The notes below the pieces were generated by a model. It saw nothing but the letters and a program-made list of their open reading frames with translations, was not told the DNA's origin and made no database searches. This document shows, piece after piece, positions 38,350 to 50,980 of a stretch of DNA of 64,000 nucleotides. Both the position numbers and the translations under genes were made by a program. Position 1 is the first letter of the stretch. Each line of letters opens with the position of its first letter. This stretch comes from Octopus sinensis (Eukaryota): the NCBI RefSeq assembly GCF_006345805.1, contig NW_021833059.1:186001-250000 (forward strand), read 5' to 3'.

Positions 38350-39350
38350 CTTTGTGGTTACATCAGCGATAGGAACTTTATGGTAACGAGGGTGACTTCG
38401 ACTTTATTTCGATCGACAATCCTGAGGCCGGTCCATCCTTTAAGGGTGCTACTGACAATTAGAGGCCCTTCGACTGCAGTTACATAACAAAAACTCCTTT
38501 TGTACTTTGCGGATTTCATTGTAAGCCCAGTAAAGTGTTTCCCTGAGGACTTCATGCAACTCAGCTGGTTCATTCCATTCCAGATAACTGCAGTTTTTAA
38601 AAAACTGTTCGATTTTTTCATAAGGAATTTGATTAAAAATAGTCGTCCTCAAATTTTGTAATTATTAAGAACTGCAACGTCTTGCTTAGGGTTGATGAAT
38701 TTTAAACTTTCATCACAAAATCTGACGTGCAAACTTTCCGACCACCAAACACGTGAGTCAGGGAAATACAGCAGTCGTATGAACTCATCTAATACTACTG
38801 TATGTGTACAACTGTCCTCTCCCGAAAGATTAATCGAAATGATCCCCAATGACAGACACTCGTCCACCTTCAGTCCCCAGAATAGATTACTCATTGTGCC
38901 TAAGACTACACGACATAAAAAACCCTGTCAACAACAGATCCCCAGTCCCTTTGTCGACGGTAATGAGTGCTGATGTAGGAAACTCTCTCAATCCCATCAT
39001 ATATTCCACCGAGAGTCATCGGGGACCAGAAACGTCGTGATTTCGGACACGTGAATGCAGTTCAAGTACTCGATGAACTGATTTCCCTCCACTTGCATTC
39101 TCACAATCCAGTCTTTCCGATATCTCTACATCACAAAAAGGGATTGTCCTGTCCACGTGTCCACAGGAGCATTTCGTCCTTTCAAAGTGCCAGTTGGGGT
39201 ACTCCTGCAAACCCATAGACACGTCCTCACCCTGTAGGTACTGAAATGGCTCATTACAACACTCCTGGCCACGTCCCACTGAACGACGAGGCCTCTTCGG
39301 AATGGAATTAGAACTGACCCGGCCGTGATAGGGTTCTCATCCAAGTCCTA
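38350..39350 (-). pseudogene. Lgl/tomosyn-family WD40 protein fragment
   Basis: DENPITAGSVLIPFRRGLVVQWDV and WHFERTKCSCGHVDRTI align with recalled tomosyn DNPMDEGKLLIGFESGTVVLWDL and WHHEGKQFICSHSDGTL. Continuity is broken. Confidence 0.4.
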
Positions 39351-39639
39351 GACGGACAGCGGATTGAGGTTGAAGTCCCCCAATCTATTAATCAACTCAA
39401 CAAAGAACAGACTTGGGCAAAATATTTTACTTTGAGTAGTTCAGACTTGTTTGAGGATTGTCTTGAAATGAGACTTTTTTGTTGTTTTTCGAAAAAGAGT
39501 GTTTTTTAACTGTAATTTATTAAGAATGTATTTGGTAGTAGAAATTGATACGTTCGACGGTGGTTATTTCGGTTTTCTCTTCATTGACATTGAGTGACCA
39601 TTTATCAAAAATTGTTCTTGCTTTCTCCATAATAATTTC

Positions 39640-39960
39640 AACGCCAGATCGTAATGCTCTTGCTTATGTGCACCTTACATTAATCACAAGTTGGCCATAA
39701 TTCGTTTATAAATTTGCAGACGAAATTTTGTAGATTCGAGCACAGGTGCTCAGAATGTTGAGAGGTTTAGATAATAATTATGAAAATATAGAATGTGGGG
39801 GTGCGCAAAATGGCGCAATAAGAGACAAAGGGGGACGTCACTTTATGGGTGCATATTTTGCAGGTATTAAATACTCCTAATACATTATAGAATTTTTATG
39901 GAGAAGGCAAAATATTTTCATCAGTGTACAGCCTGTCCTAAAAGTAGAGAACTAACCTAA
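39640..39960 (+). mobile_element. Second Merlin family, C-terminal transposase remnant with three micro-introns
   Basis: YVHLTINHK|RNFVDSSTGAQNVER|MWGCAK...AYFA|EFLWRR; introns 39690-39719 (30 nt), 39765-39791 (27), 39864-39890 (27). Confidence 0.85.
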
Positions 39961-39967
39961 TGAGTAG

Positions 39968-42250
39968 TGACTTGATCATTCTCCCCGGCTACATCGACTT
40001 TGCGGCAGACCAAATGGTATGTCTAGAGCAGGCATTCTCAACCTTTTTTTGTTCATCGCCCCCTTAGATATTTTATCGCCCCCCTTTGAAATTTTATCGC
40101 CCCCTTGTCCATATACAATTTAAAAATTTTTGGGCATTGTCCCTTAATTGGTTGTTTTTTGTATATAACTCAAAAATCAAAATATAAAATAATAAATCAA
40201 ATGTAAAAAATTGAATTTTTATTAAAAATTATTAGTGAGACTTTTGATATTGATGTTTACTCGCTAAATATTCTATGTCGGGTTTAAATCCCATTAAAAC
40301 AGCTTTACTATCTACAATGACGCTTTCATCAATTTGTAATGAAAACTTACTTCGCTTCAGTCTTTCAATAAGGATTTCCTCTACATTGTCACCCATTTCA
40401 TCATACTTTGACGAATCACCTGAACGTGTTAGTTAATGATTAAGACGTTGTGCGCACCCACAACTACATATAAATAAATGTTAAATAACATCATGTACTG
40501 GCTTTGTGAATAACGATTTGATCGTTTTCTTATTTTCAAAATTGTATTTTAAATTTTGAAAATATTCAATCGGCTTTGACATTTTATACGGGTGCTTGCG
40601 TTTTAGATGATCCTGTAATCGTGATGGCTTCATCGCCTCATTTGAGAAAGAACATTGACAAATAAGACAATAAGGCTGTTTTGTATCTTCAGTACTTTGA
40701 ATAAACCCATATTTTAAATATTCGTTTTGATAATGACGACTTTTCTTATTTGAGCGAAAAGACATCTTAGATACCAAACAAGAATGTAAAAACAGCGTGC
40801 TATTTTAAAATCGCCCCCTTGTAAAAAATTATCGCCCCCCTGTACAAAATTTTCGCCCCTAGGGGGGCGATTCGCCCCCGGTTGAGAACACCTGGTCTAG
40901 AGTGTCATTTCAGAACTTGAAAACCAATTTAACCAAACAATAGTCCTAAATTGTCCATTCGTATCATCCCCCATGGACACGGTGACAGAGTCCCGAATGG
41001 CAATCGCCATGGCGTATTGACTGACCGACATTGGTAGTTGGAGGGGGGCATAGGCATAATCCACAACAACTGTCTCCTCGAGGAACAAGCCAGTCATGTC
41101 CGACTAGTCAAATCCTCCAAACAGGGCTTCATTATGAACCCAGTTGTCGTCTCCCCCAGCACTACTGTGGCAGAATACAAAATCCTGGTCAATAAACATG
41201 GCTTTTCTGGCTTCTCGGTGACGCTGAATGAACGGTTGTTGGGCCTGGTGACTCAACGGGACATTGATTTGTGTTGTGTGTCTGACCAGACGAGGATGGA
41301 AATGGTTTGCCTCGACTTGTCACTGCAGGTGATGACCCCCGGAGAGTCATTGGTAACTTCTAACGACGGGATCAACTTCCAAGACGCCTACAAGACCCTC
41401 CGAAATGTAAAGAAAGGGAAATTGCCAATCGTGGACAAAGAGGACTGTCTGGGTGCACTGGTCACCAGAAAAGACATAATAAAAAACTGTGAATTCCCCA
41501 AACAAGTGGATGTAATTGTGGTGGTATGTGGCACTACTTGACCAATGAAGGACTCCTCCCAAGGCAACTCGGTCTTTCAATTAAAAATGGTAAAGTTCAT
41601 TAAGCAGAACTACCCGCAAGTGGACGTAATTGGAGGAAATGGTAAAACATTGTGGCAATAGAACAGTGGTGACTGCCTCCCAGGCCATCAACCTCATCAA
41701 TGCAGGCGTGGATGGTCTGCGAGTAGGAATGGGGTCGGGATCTATTTGTATTACTCAGGAAGGTCAGTCATCCACTAATCCCCCAGTCATGGCTGTTGGT
41801 CGAAAACAGGCCAGTGCTGTGTACCACGTCAGTCAGTTGGCCAGACAATTCGGAGTGCCAGTCATTGCCGATGGGGGAGTCCAGTCCCCGGGACACATCG
41901 CCAAGGCAATTGCCCTGGGAGCCTCCACAGGTACCCCATTCAGGCACATGCACTAGTCATGATAGGATCCATGTTTGCTGTCACCTCCGAATCCCCCGTG
42001 GAGACTGCCCTCATCAACGACGTCAAAGGGGTATTACTCATCTTAGTCACGGGTCCTCCATTCAAGTGGCTCAGGGGTGTCCGGCACAGTCGTCGACAAG
42101 GGACCCGCCCATCTCTTCCTCAAATATCTTTCACAGAGTTTAAAACAGAGTCTTCAGGACATGGGAGGACTGTCCATTATACATTTTCCTTCTTACTGAC
42201 GAGACTACTCGCCTCGAAGGAACACCTCACTATTCGGGAGATAATTTCTT
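39968..42250 (+). pseudogene. IMPDH: Inosine-5'-monophosphate dehydrogenase, 5'-truncated, with internal deletions and a hAT in intron
   Basis: [33 protein letters not shown] pair, [37 protein letters not shown]. About 30 aa are missing after EFP, the YRGMGS/flap region is missing, and no in-frame ATG was found. Confidence 0.85.
40029..40894 (-). mobile_element. Internally deleted hAT Buster element
   Basis: TIRs CAGGCATTCTCAACC / CAGGTGTTCTCAACC; perfect TSD GTCTAGAG (40021-40028 and 40895-40902); BED-finger ORF 40481-40777 and FSLQIDES fragment; ATCGCCCCC subterminal repeats as in the 21.9-23.9 kb element. Confidence 0.95.
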
Positions 42251-42949
42251 AGTTGAGAATATAAATATTTTAATTAATTAGGAGGATGAATATTAATAAT
42301 ACACAAAGAATGGTCATATTTGTGTCATTTCCTGATATCTCAGCATATCACGTTGTCTCCACATTTGACTCATTGCAAGCTTGTATAAATAATATAAAAA
42401 TTACTCAGTCGGCACATAGCCATGGTCCTCTGGTGTTTTTAGCAATACTGATGATGAAGTTCCTTTGGAATACACTAATCCACTGTGTTCGGGTATCTTG
42501 GACCAAGTCGCTAACTTAAATGCGTAGGAAGGTTTGAATAAAAATTTAGGCAAAAAATTGTACTTTGGAAAAAAACCGAATTGACGGACAAAGAATTCAA
42601 TAACGGAAATGGCTAAGTTAATTACACAATTGAATATTAGTATTAGAAGAGAGAATGTTAATATTTGTGTCATTTCTTAATATCTAGTGCAATTTAAGTG
42701 CTAAAATGCTATTTTTACTTTTTATATTTGTTTAATATAAAATTGAATTTGGAATAATTATTTTTTAATTTTGTTAAAAAAACATACATTATAAATGCTA
42801 TTTTTAATTTTAAATGCTAATTTTTTTAATGCTAATTTAAATTGCATTAAAATTTTTTTAATGCCACCCATAAAATGATAATAATTTTATTCAAATAAAA
42901 TAATTTAGCACGTTATATAGTTTTTTGATTGATCCCAAAGCCTGAGTGT

Positions 42950-44300
42950 TCGTTGCTTAAGAAAGCCAAGCATATAGTCTTAGAATTCAAAGATGAGTTC
43001 TGTATTGCTGAAGATGGCCGTTTATTTTGTTCTCTTTGTTTATCCAAAGCCAACTGTTCAAAAAATTCTTAGTCGATTGTCATCGTTCTTCTTTAAAACT
43101 GAATCAATCAAAGTAAATTCGGTTAATAAAACGATCACGGAATCTTTTGTACAACAAACATCCAGCTATACAAATTAAATAATGATTCGATCAAAAAAAT
43201 GTTTGAAACATTCAAAATTAACTCTCCGTCAGAATTTTCATGCAAAACTACGGTTAAATTTATTGCCGAAAAAAAAGATAAGAGTTGACAAAATTATTAA
43301 CATATCAAAATTTATTTTTAAACTTTTAGAAACGAAAAGATTTTTATAATAATTGATGAAACAGATATCCGAAGGAAAAGTTTTGTAGTGATTCTAATTG
43401 GGAGCATTCGCTTTCCAACAAAATCCTATTTGGTTGAATGCAATCATGCCAATGCTTTTATCATCTGCCAAATAATAGATGATGTCATTAGAGAAATGAA
43501 GATTATTCGTGACAATTTTTATCTATTAATTTCAGATGCCGCTCCTTATATATTTCTGGTGATATAAAAGTATCTAAATAAATAGGTGGTAAAACTTTAA
43601 TGGTCATGTATAACAACATGCATCATATGACTTGTGTTTCTCATTTGCTACACAATACGGTTTTACGTATAAAGTGTGCATATCCGGAAATAGATGGTTT
43701 AATTGCGAGCATTAAAGCTGCCACAGTTAAAACCGAAAACGTGATTTGTTCATGGATGTAGGATACCCATCTGGTGTGGTAATTACTTGGTATTCTTTTT
43801 CTTAATTTATGAAGCTGGGGAAGTTTGTTTAAAGCAGCGAAATATTATTTCATGAATTCCGAAATAATTTGTGAAGTCCAAAATAACTGCATTGTCTAGT
43901 CATATAATTAAATTTTTTTTTTGGGAAAAAAAAAATTCATTTGTGAAACTGTTAATGCATTTCAGATGGAGTTTTAGTATCAAATACTAGACATTATATA
44001 AATAATTCTGATATTAAACTTCAATTAACAGAGATGATATCCAATTATTTACAAATAACAGATCTTCTTAAAGTTTCGGAATGCTGCGACTACTCAATCA
44101 ATCGGGCATATTATGATATAGAAGGACTACATTTTTATGGTGACAAGGCAAATATTAAAAATTATATGAATAAAAGAATGGAGGAAAATGGATTTAAATC
44201 TGTTATTGAAATGACTGAACCGAAAATTAGCCAGAAATATTATTTTTTTACTTTTACGCTTTCAGGCATCCTCTGCATTTGTTGAAAAAGCAATTAAAAT
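42950..44300 (+). mobile_element. Degenerate hAT-like transposase with CGGBP1-type BED finger
   Basis: EFKDEF..EDGRLFCSLC....SKKFLVDCH, IIDETD, LLISDAAPY, HMTCVSHLLHN, IDGLIASIKAA. Confidence 0.7.
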
Positions 44301-44449
44301 GTTGAAAAATATTTAAAAAACTTCAAATTTTTTAATAATCAATAAATTTTTTGACTTTGAAATTTTGAAAAAATCTCGGTTTTCGATACTTTCCGATCAT
44401 AAGTGAGCCATCCAAGTCATATTTGAGCAAAGAAACAAAGATAATCGAA

Positions 44450-44960
44450 AAAATTATTTAAAACCTGGAATGTTTGTGTAGTTTCGAATAAAAATCATCC
44501 GCGAATGATTTGAAAATATTTCGAACTCCGATCAGATTTTTTGAATAATATGTAGCGGCCTCAAGCTAGGACCCCCATCTTGTCAAATGCACACAAGGTG
44601 GAATTGCGATGTTTCTGTATTTGAATATTTTTTTCTTCTATTGTTCTTGTTAATTGCAGTTTGTACAGTAGCTATCATTAAATCAATTTCAGGATAAGAG
44701 TCTCTTATATTCTTACAACAATTGTATAATGAATGAACGGCACAATAACCTAAGGTAAAGATTTTTAAGTATTTTGTCAGCTAAAACATAAAAATTTACA
44801 TGATTTAATATAATTTGCAGAATCCGAAATTAACAAAAGGAAATTTTCCCTTTCAACCAAATTATTTCAAAGTACATCGTCGACTATCTGAGTAATGATG
44901 TTCTTGTTAGGAGCAGATTTTATCGTCTTAAACGATATCAGATATGTTGTTTCAAAAGAA
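44450..44960 (-). mobile_element. Inverted second fragment of the same hAT-like family
   Basis: QIVDDVL...FLLLISDSANYI...CAVHSLYNCCKNIRDSYPEIDLMIA. Confidence 0.65.
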
Positions 44961-45539
44961 TTTAACGATCCAATCATCACAGCAAAGTTAATCTAAATCA
45001 AGTTAAAATATTTGTAACTTTTTTAACTTAGTTCGCCCTACAGATTTTAAAAGCCGGCAAATCAAATGAACCAAATGCCTTCACTATTATAAATTGATAA
45101 ACTGGGACGATGAGTCAGAAGCTGAGACGCATTAATATCACCAATGTTTGCCTATGAACTCTCAATACCAATCATTTTATACCATCCCAACTGAACTAAT
45201 CAAATATGCCCGAACACCGGCAATCATTGTAAATGTGGTAGATAAAGCATTTGAAGTTAATTCTGTTAATTTATAAATTTGTGATAGTACTCATAATCCA
45301 GATGATTCAGAATCGTCAGTAAACTTGTTTAGAATACATTACTAACAACCAAGCTTAAAAAAATGTATCGAATTACTTTTATACATCACAAGGAATACCA
45401 CAGAGTGACTCCTCGTGAATTAATTCCAACAGTAAATTTTTGACACAAATAAAAGTCAAAGCATCTTTAACACCAATATATTTTCTAACATAATTTCCAT
45501 GTAACATCTTCTTACAATAGTAGCACAGTGGTGAACACA

Positions 45540-45575
45540 CCGAACACTCCAGTTAAGCGATTACAGGCTTTTTTA
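45540..45575 (+). other. 5S rRNA-derived 30-nt fragment followed by T6
   Basis: CCGAACACTCCAGTTAAGCGATTACAGGCT matches the 5S gene at 28 of 30 positions. Confidence 0.8.
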
Positions 45576-45777
45576 ATGTTTTTATTTGAAAATCGAATTT
45601 AAGGTCACGGCTTTTTTCAAACACAGTTTCGCAGGGTTCCCCCTCTCGCCTTACGCCAACAAAATGTTTATTGCTTCCAAAGATCGAAGCATTCTGACTG
45701 CTTCAGCAAGGCTACAACAAAAATAGAATATATTAAATAACTGAATCACTGCGAACCGTCTATCATCTTGTTCAACA

Positions 45778-46248
45778 ATGTCGGCAAACTTCATTCTTAT
45801 CTCAGATATAAGACTTAGGAAAAAGTCAGTAAATCTTACTACTGGAAAACAACAAAATTTGGTTTTCCCGGACTCAGAAGATCCTAAAAGTTACGTTCAA
45901 TATTCCACGTGCTTCTTTCCCCAAGTCGACAATTTTTTGACAAAATGTGAAAAGAAGAACAAACTCTTAAAATGTCTCTCCAATCTTTGGAAGTTTGGAA
46001 AACAACTCGTAATTGAGTGTTTATACAAACATTATAAATCAATTTCCTGCACCAATAAAATGAAGATCGAGGCAAGAAAAAAGTCCTCAACTTATACCAA
46101 CATGGAAGCCCTCGTGCACTCATATGGACGAAGATATAATGCAATCGCAGAAACCAGGGCTACACGTTCCAAACGCACTTGGGCGGGCTCACGTGAGGGA
46201 AATCGGGCAAAGATGAGGATCCTTTTGAGGCATATCGAGATCACGTGA
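45778..46248 (+). CDS. Hypothetical 156-aa basic protein, intronless
   Basis: ATG-initiated 471-nt open frame in otherwise stop-rich DNA; no family recognised. Confidence 0.25.
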   Translation: MSANFILISDIRLRKKSVNLTTGKQQNLVFPDSEDPKSYVQYSTCFFPQVDNFLTKCEKKNKLLKCLSNLWKFGKQLVIECLYKHYKSISCTNKMKIEARKKSSTYTNMEALVHSYGRRYNAIAETRATRSKRTWAGSREGNRAKMRILLRHIEIT

Positions 46249-46339
46249 CTTTATTTGTTCCGTTTTTCGTGTTTTATTTGAGGGAAATAAATAAAAATAA
46301 AAGAATCTCATTTAAAAATTCTATGATTTAAACCTAGAT

Positions 46340-46640
46340 TTGTGACAGGTCTCGTTTTGAGACGTCATGTGCGTTAACTCATTTTCCGCCCAGAACATGG
46401 GTGTATCACCTATTTGAAGCCGACAAGTAAGCTGATATCTGTAATGGCAGTGTTTGTCTCTCTAGTAGTCTAGATGTCTGGAATACAGGGGCCTTTCACA
46501 CGAAACCTGCTTTGACACATCGAGTGACTATTGGAGAGGGTTACCGGCGACCTATCTGAGTATCAGTGTCTGTACGAGCAAATCTCCCTGGCTATAATCA
46601 GAGGTAATGAGCAGGCTATTCATTGCTTGCCCTGTTTAAT
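46340..46640 (+). mobile_element. CRE-like retroelement 3' fragment
   Basis: SGIQGP...VTGDLSEYQCLYEQISLAIIRGN. Confidence 0.75.
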
Positions 46641-48669
46641 GATGAATTCAGGTCATAATTTAAATTTATTGATACTTCCGGGTATGATTTTTTAAGTTAA
46701 AAGTGTAAATTAATATAATTAGTAATAAACTAATTGAGCCATAACTAAGATAGCCCCAATTGAGTATGCCAAATATAATGATTTAACTAGAATTTATAAA
46801 TCAAATCTTAACTTGAATTTTGAAATTTGGAAGATGAAATAATTCCGCTGTCTTCATCAAAGTAATTATGAACATTTTTTTCTAAAAATTAAGTTGTAGA
46901 TCAAACTTTTATTTTTTGGGTTATTAATTATAGTCTAAATGTAGAAATTAATATAGAAAATACTGCGGGATCATTGATGAAATGACTAATAATTTGTTCT
47001 ATAAATTAAGTTATAAATTAATCTCAACTTGCATTTGAACTTTTATTTATTAAGTTCTTAGCTACATCCTAAATTGTAGAAACTAATATAAGATAAATAC
47101 TTTGATATTATCAAGGATATTTTCCCAAAAGCTTCCTGAGAATTAATATTAATCAACCAAAACCTCCATTTTCTTCTTTGTTAGAGATTAAACAGGCTAA
47201 AGTAAGAAACAAAAACATTTGGATTTGACTGCGCAAAATGGAATATTTATAACATTGTTCATAATTAGCACACTTGGATCTAATTATAGGGTTTCCAATG
47301 CTTTAACGTCAAAAGCTCAATAATTATTGTTGACCTTCGAACACTAGGTTGGAGCTTTAAACATCAGCGTGTATACCGCATATAAGCAATACTTACTACC
47401 CTACTTTCCCTTCTCAAATCCCATAAAAATATATTCTTTGTATGAAAGTATCTTGTTATCTCTGACAATGTCAACAGCTAATTGAAGCTAAAAAATGTCA
47501 TTAGTGAAAATAAATGAATGAATAAATATAGATCATTGTGATTTTTTTACGCCAAATGTTCATTTATATTTCCATTGCCACGCAAAAAGTAACAATTGAT
47601 GAATAGAATATCGATTTTTCACAAAATGTTGTTTTGATTTCACAAAAAAACGTTAATGCTTGCTTATATCACATTTAAAAGCAAATTGCTTGCGCTTTCG
47701 ACGTTAAAGTTCGAAAACCCTATATTTAAAAGAAACAATCAAATGATAGTAATATTTTTTCGAGACGATTCTAATTGCCATCCAAGCTATTCGAGATAAA
47801 GAGATAGAGTGAGTTGAACGTAAACGGTGGTGTTAGTTCCATCCTATCTAGATTCATTTCAGACCAATATGAATTGATTTTCGGATCTTTTCTTTCACAG
47901 TAAGGTTGATCTGACCGAAGGAGGTCACTTTCATAGTCTTTAAACGCTAATTTCAGGGCTTAGTGAGGAGTTATTTTATGCTTTGAATAGTACAGTTAGT
48001 CCAGGGCAAATTTGAATTAAAGCAGAAAAACATATTGGAGAAGGCACACAGGTTGCCTTTATTAATAAAAACAAGGTGTACATGATTACCTTATATGATA
48101 AAATAATTAATTTATTCCATGAGTATAAAATCCGAGTATAACCAGGGTGTTCCATTTCAGGCCCAAAATTAAATTCTGCGACGAAGTTTTCAATGTTTTC
48201 GTCAATTCCATCTGTCATGATATTGTGGCCATAGAACTGATGAAGCGGAAGATGTTAAGTGTTTTGTTAATTTTGACTATATCCAGGTGGTTAGAAAAGA
48301 TTTCATTTGCTGTAAAAAATAGGCTGTACTCGTTTCTTAGTTTTGGAGAAAGAGCCTTCCCAGATATGTTTGATAACTGGCGACAAATTATGGTTTTGTA
48401 CTGAGATTATTTAACCTATCCCAGTTTCAGTCAAATCTTTACTTAAACGATTGATTATATTAATTAACAAGGAAATTAGGTTGATTAAGCTCATTTTTAA
48501 ACGTATTTTCAATCAAAAAATGGTTCAAAGGTGATTTCCCGTCATAATTAATGTGCTTTTACTTACATTAAATTTATACATAAAAGAAACAGAAATCAAA
48601 TGATTATATTTTCAATCCACAAAATACCAGCCTTTCTCAGACAGCCTTTCTCAAATGTATGTGATATGA

Positions 48670-49860
48670 ATTAATTAAGTTGTAGACAAATTTCTCTGTC
48701 AATTACTTCAAACTCATCAGGTTCTATGTCTATCAATCCAATGTAATAATTGTAAAGAGACAAAGCGTGCTCGTTCATGGCCTTGAAGAGATTAACAGCA
48801 TTCAGTTTCGTGCTTGTTAGTCTCTTTATACGTGCTTTGATCTCTGCACTTATTTTTTCTATCATCTCATTCTTCATGATTTTATTTGACTTGTTCTCCA
48901 AGACTCCCAAATATTGGTATCCATCAATTCCGTCCAGTATAGTCTCTTTATTAGCAAGAGCTGTACAATAGATTTCTTTCAAAACCAATATCAGTAAAAA
49001 ACATGTCGATGTGATCTATCATCATAAATATCGTTTCTTGTCTTTTTAGGTCATCCACGAATAATAGGTGGTTTGTTGAATATATCTCCGATTCTCCTCT
49101 GGGTTCATGGATACTCAATTTGGGATACTTTGCAGAGAGAAATCGGCTCAATGGGTACAAGCGTAGATAACTGTGGAGATAAAGCATATCCCTGTAGGAT
49201 CCCGGACTTTATTCGAATTCCTTATTGGATAAGAAATGAGAGATTACTATTGTATCTTATCGCTTTACCTGCAGTTAACTCTGCACTACAGGCCTAGAAA
49301 ATAAGAATATAATGTCTGCCATTAGTCAATGTAGCATAAGATACAACTACACAAAACTAAACGTGCACAATTATTCGAATATTTATTAATAGTTTATTAG
49401 GGATCCATATTAGTAAATTAATTAAAGTGGAGAAATATACACGTCTAAATCATGATGACAATTAAACAAAATCGAGTGAAGTGGCTTTTTTCGTATCTGT
49501 TCAATTAAGTGCTTTTCTTCCAAATCCTTCAGAACGTTCAGTTTGAGGCTTTCCGAAGTTGCAAATTGGTACTTTCTGAATAGGAATTCTTTGATAATGG
49601 CCATGTGTGTTTTCTTAGATCTGATGGCCTTCAGGAGTCTCTCTCTCCTCAAACAATCTCAATGTATTTTAGGAATTCAAAAAGCATTCGCTTGCTTTTA
49701 TGCACCACAGAGACCAATCCTTTTCCTAGTCGGTCTCTTGGAAGATATAGTCTATGTTTCATAACAGATTCTTCTTCAATAGATAACTTGTTAGTTATAG
49801 AAAAACATGTAAACGACCCCGTCGGGTAGTAAAATGAATTATTTTGACTTACAGTCATAA
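48670..49860 (-). mobile_element. R4/Dong-like non-LTR retroelement fragments (RT core and post-RT region)
   Basis: GILQG.ALSP, TNHLLFVDDLK, YQYLG, TKLNAVNLFKAMNEHA, RLYLPRDRLGKGL, KPLHSILF. Confidence 0.8.
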
Positions 49861-50591
49861 AAGCTCGACAACTTTCCAGTCAAAAAATCTTTTTTCTGCC
49901 ATTTTTCACCTTTGGCTTATTTCACTCGATTTGTCATTTACAGAAATATCTGGTTTGTTACACTGAATTTTTGTGTATTTACAACGGCTTTTATGTACAA
50001 AGGGCGTAATCATTCGCAAACTAATGACATGTGATTATCAGGAATTTCTTGTGGACAAAGAATATTTACAACCCTCGATTTCTATCACAAAATAATTTAA
50101 AGACTTAATTTGTTTTTCCAAGCTAACCTATACTTTCTTATTGTATCACGTGTGGGACCCCGAACGTTTAAATAGTCAAACAACTAGTATTGAAGGTTAG
50201 TAAGTAACTCTAAAAAACTACGACTTGAAACTTCAACTGCAGCAAATAATTTGGCAAATAATTTTCTTTAGTACAGAGCCATACGAATGCCCCCGCTATT
50301 TTGATTAATCGCTACTTTTAGCACCAAAAAAGTCATATTTCATTATTCCAAGCTCATATCTAATCATATTTAAGCATCCTATTTTGTCAAAGTAGTCTAA
50401 CTACAGCAAAGACCTACTAGCACACTCATCTCCTCAAATAGCTTACTAAATTAACTTTTTATTCGATCTTATTTTCACAAAATCATTTGTCTGGTAATAT
50501 TAGTCAAGTATATAAATCTACTGACAAAACAGACTTATGTGGATAACCAGAGAATGAATTAAAAAACCATTTATTCAAAAAACAAAGAAAA

Positions 50592-50980
50592 TTAACGTTT
50601 CTTTTGATACAAAGTAGGGACAGCAGGAATGCCCCTGCCACGTCCCTGAGGTCGGATGGCTGCAATGGCACGACCAGCCATCATTCCATGCTTAGTCTGC
50701 TTATTAACGAACATTGGGGCATGTTTAAGAATATCAGGGAATATAAACAGTCTAATCCGACTCCCCCGAATATATGTGCTGATATAATGATCCATCATTC
50801 CATTCCTGCATAACACATCACTACCCACCTGTATGTCACTGCAGCGTCTGAGAGCTTGCAGTTCATGCTGTCCTCCGCCTCCACCAATTTCCCTCGGAGG
50901 GTCGTCCCGTTGCATAATTCGATTGTCACGATGTGCCCCAATGATTCGTGTAGGAGTTTAATCGGGATTCCAATTGACAT
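50592..50980 (-). CDS. SNRPD3: Small nuclear ribonucleoprotein Sm D3, 2 exons
   Basis: [29 protein letters not shown]...[22 protein letters not shown] tail; 23-nt intron. Confidence 0.96.

Noticed and set aside
39930-39945. Stop-codon reassignment (TAA at an expected Tyr in IMPDH; TGA in the H1 tail)
   Set aside because: Isolated cases in a damaged gene and beside a homopolymer; TAA, TAG and TGA all terminate intact genes here.
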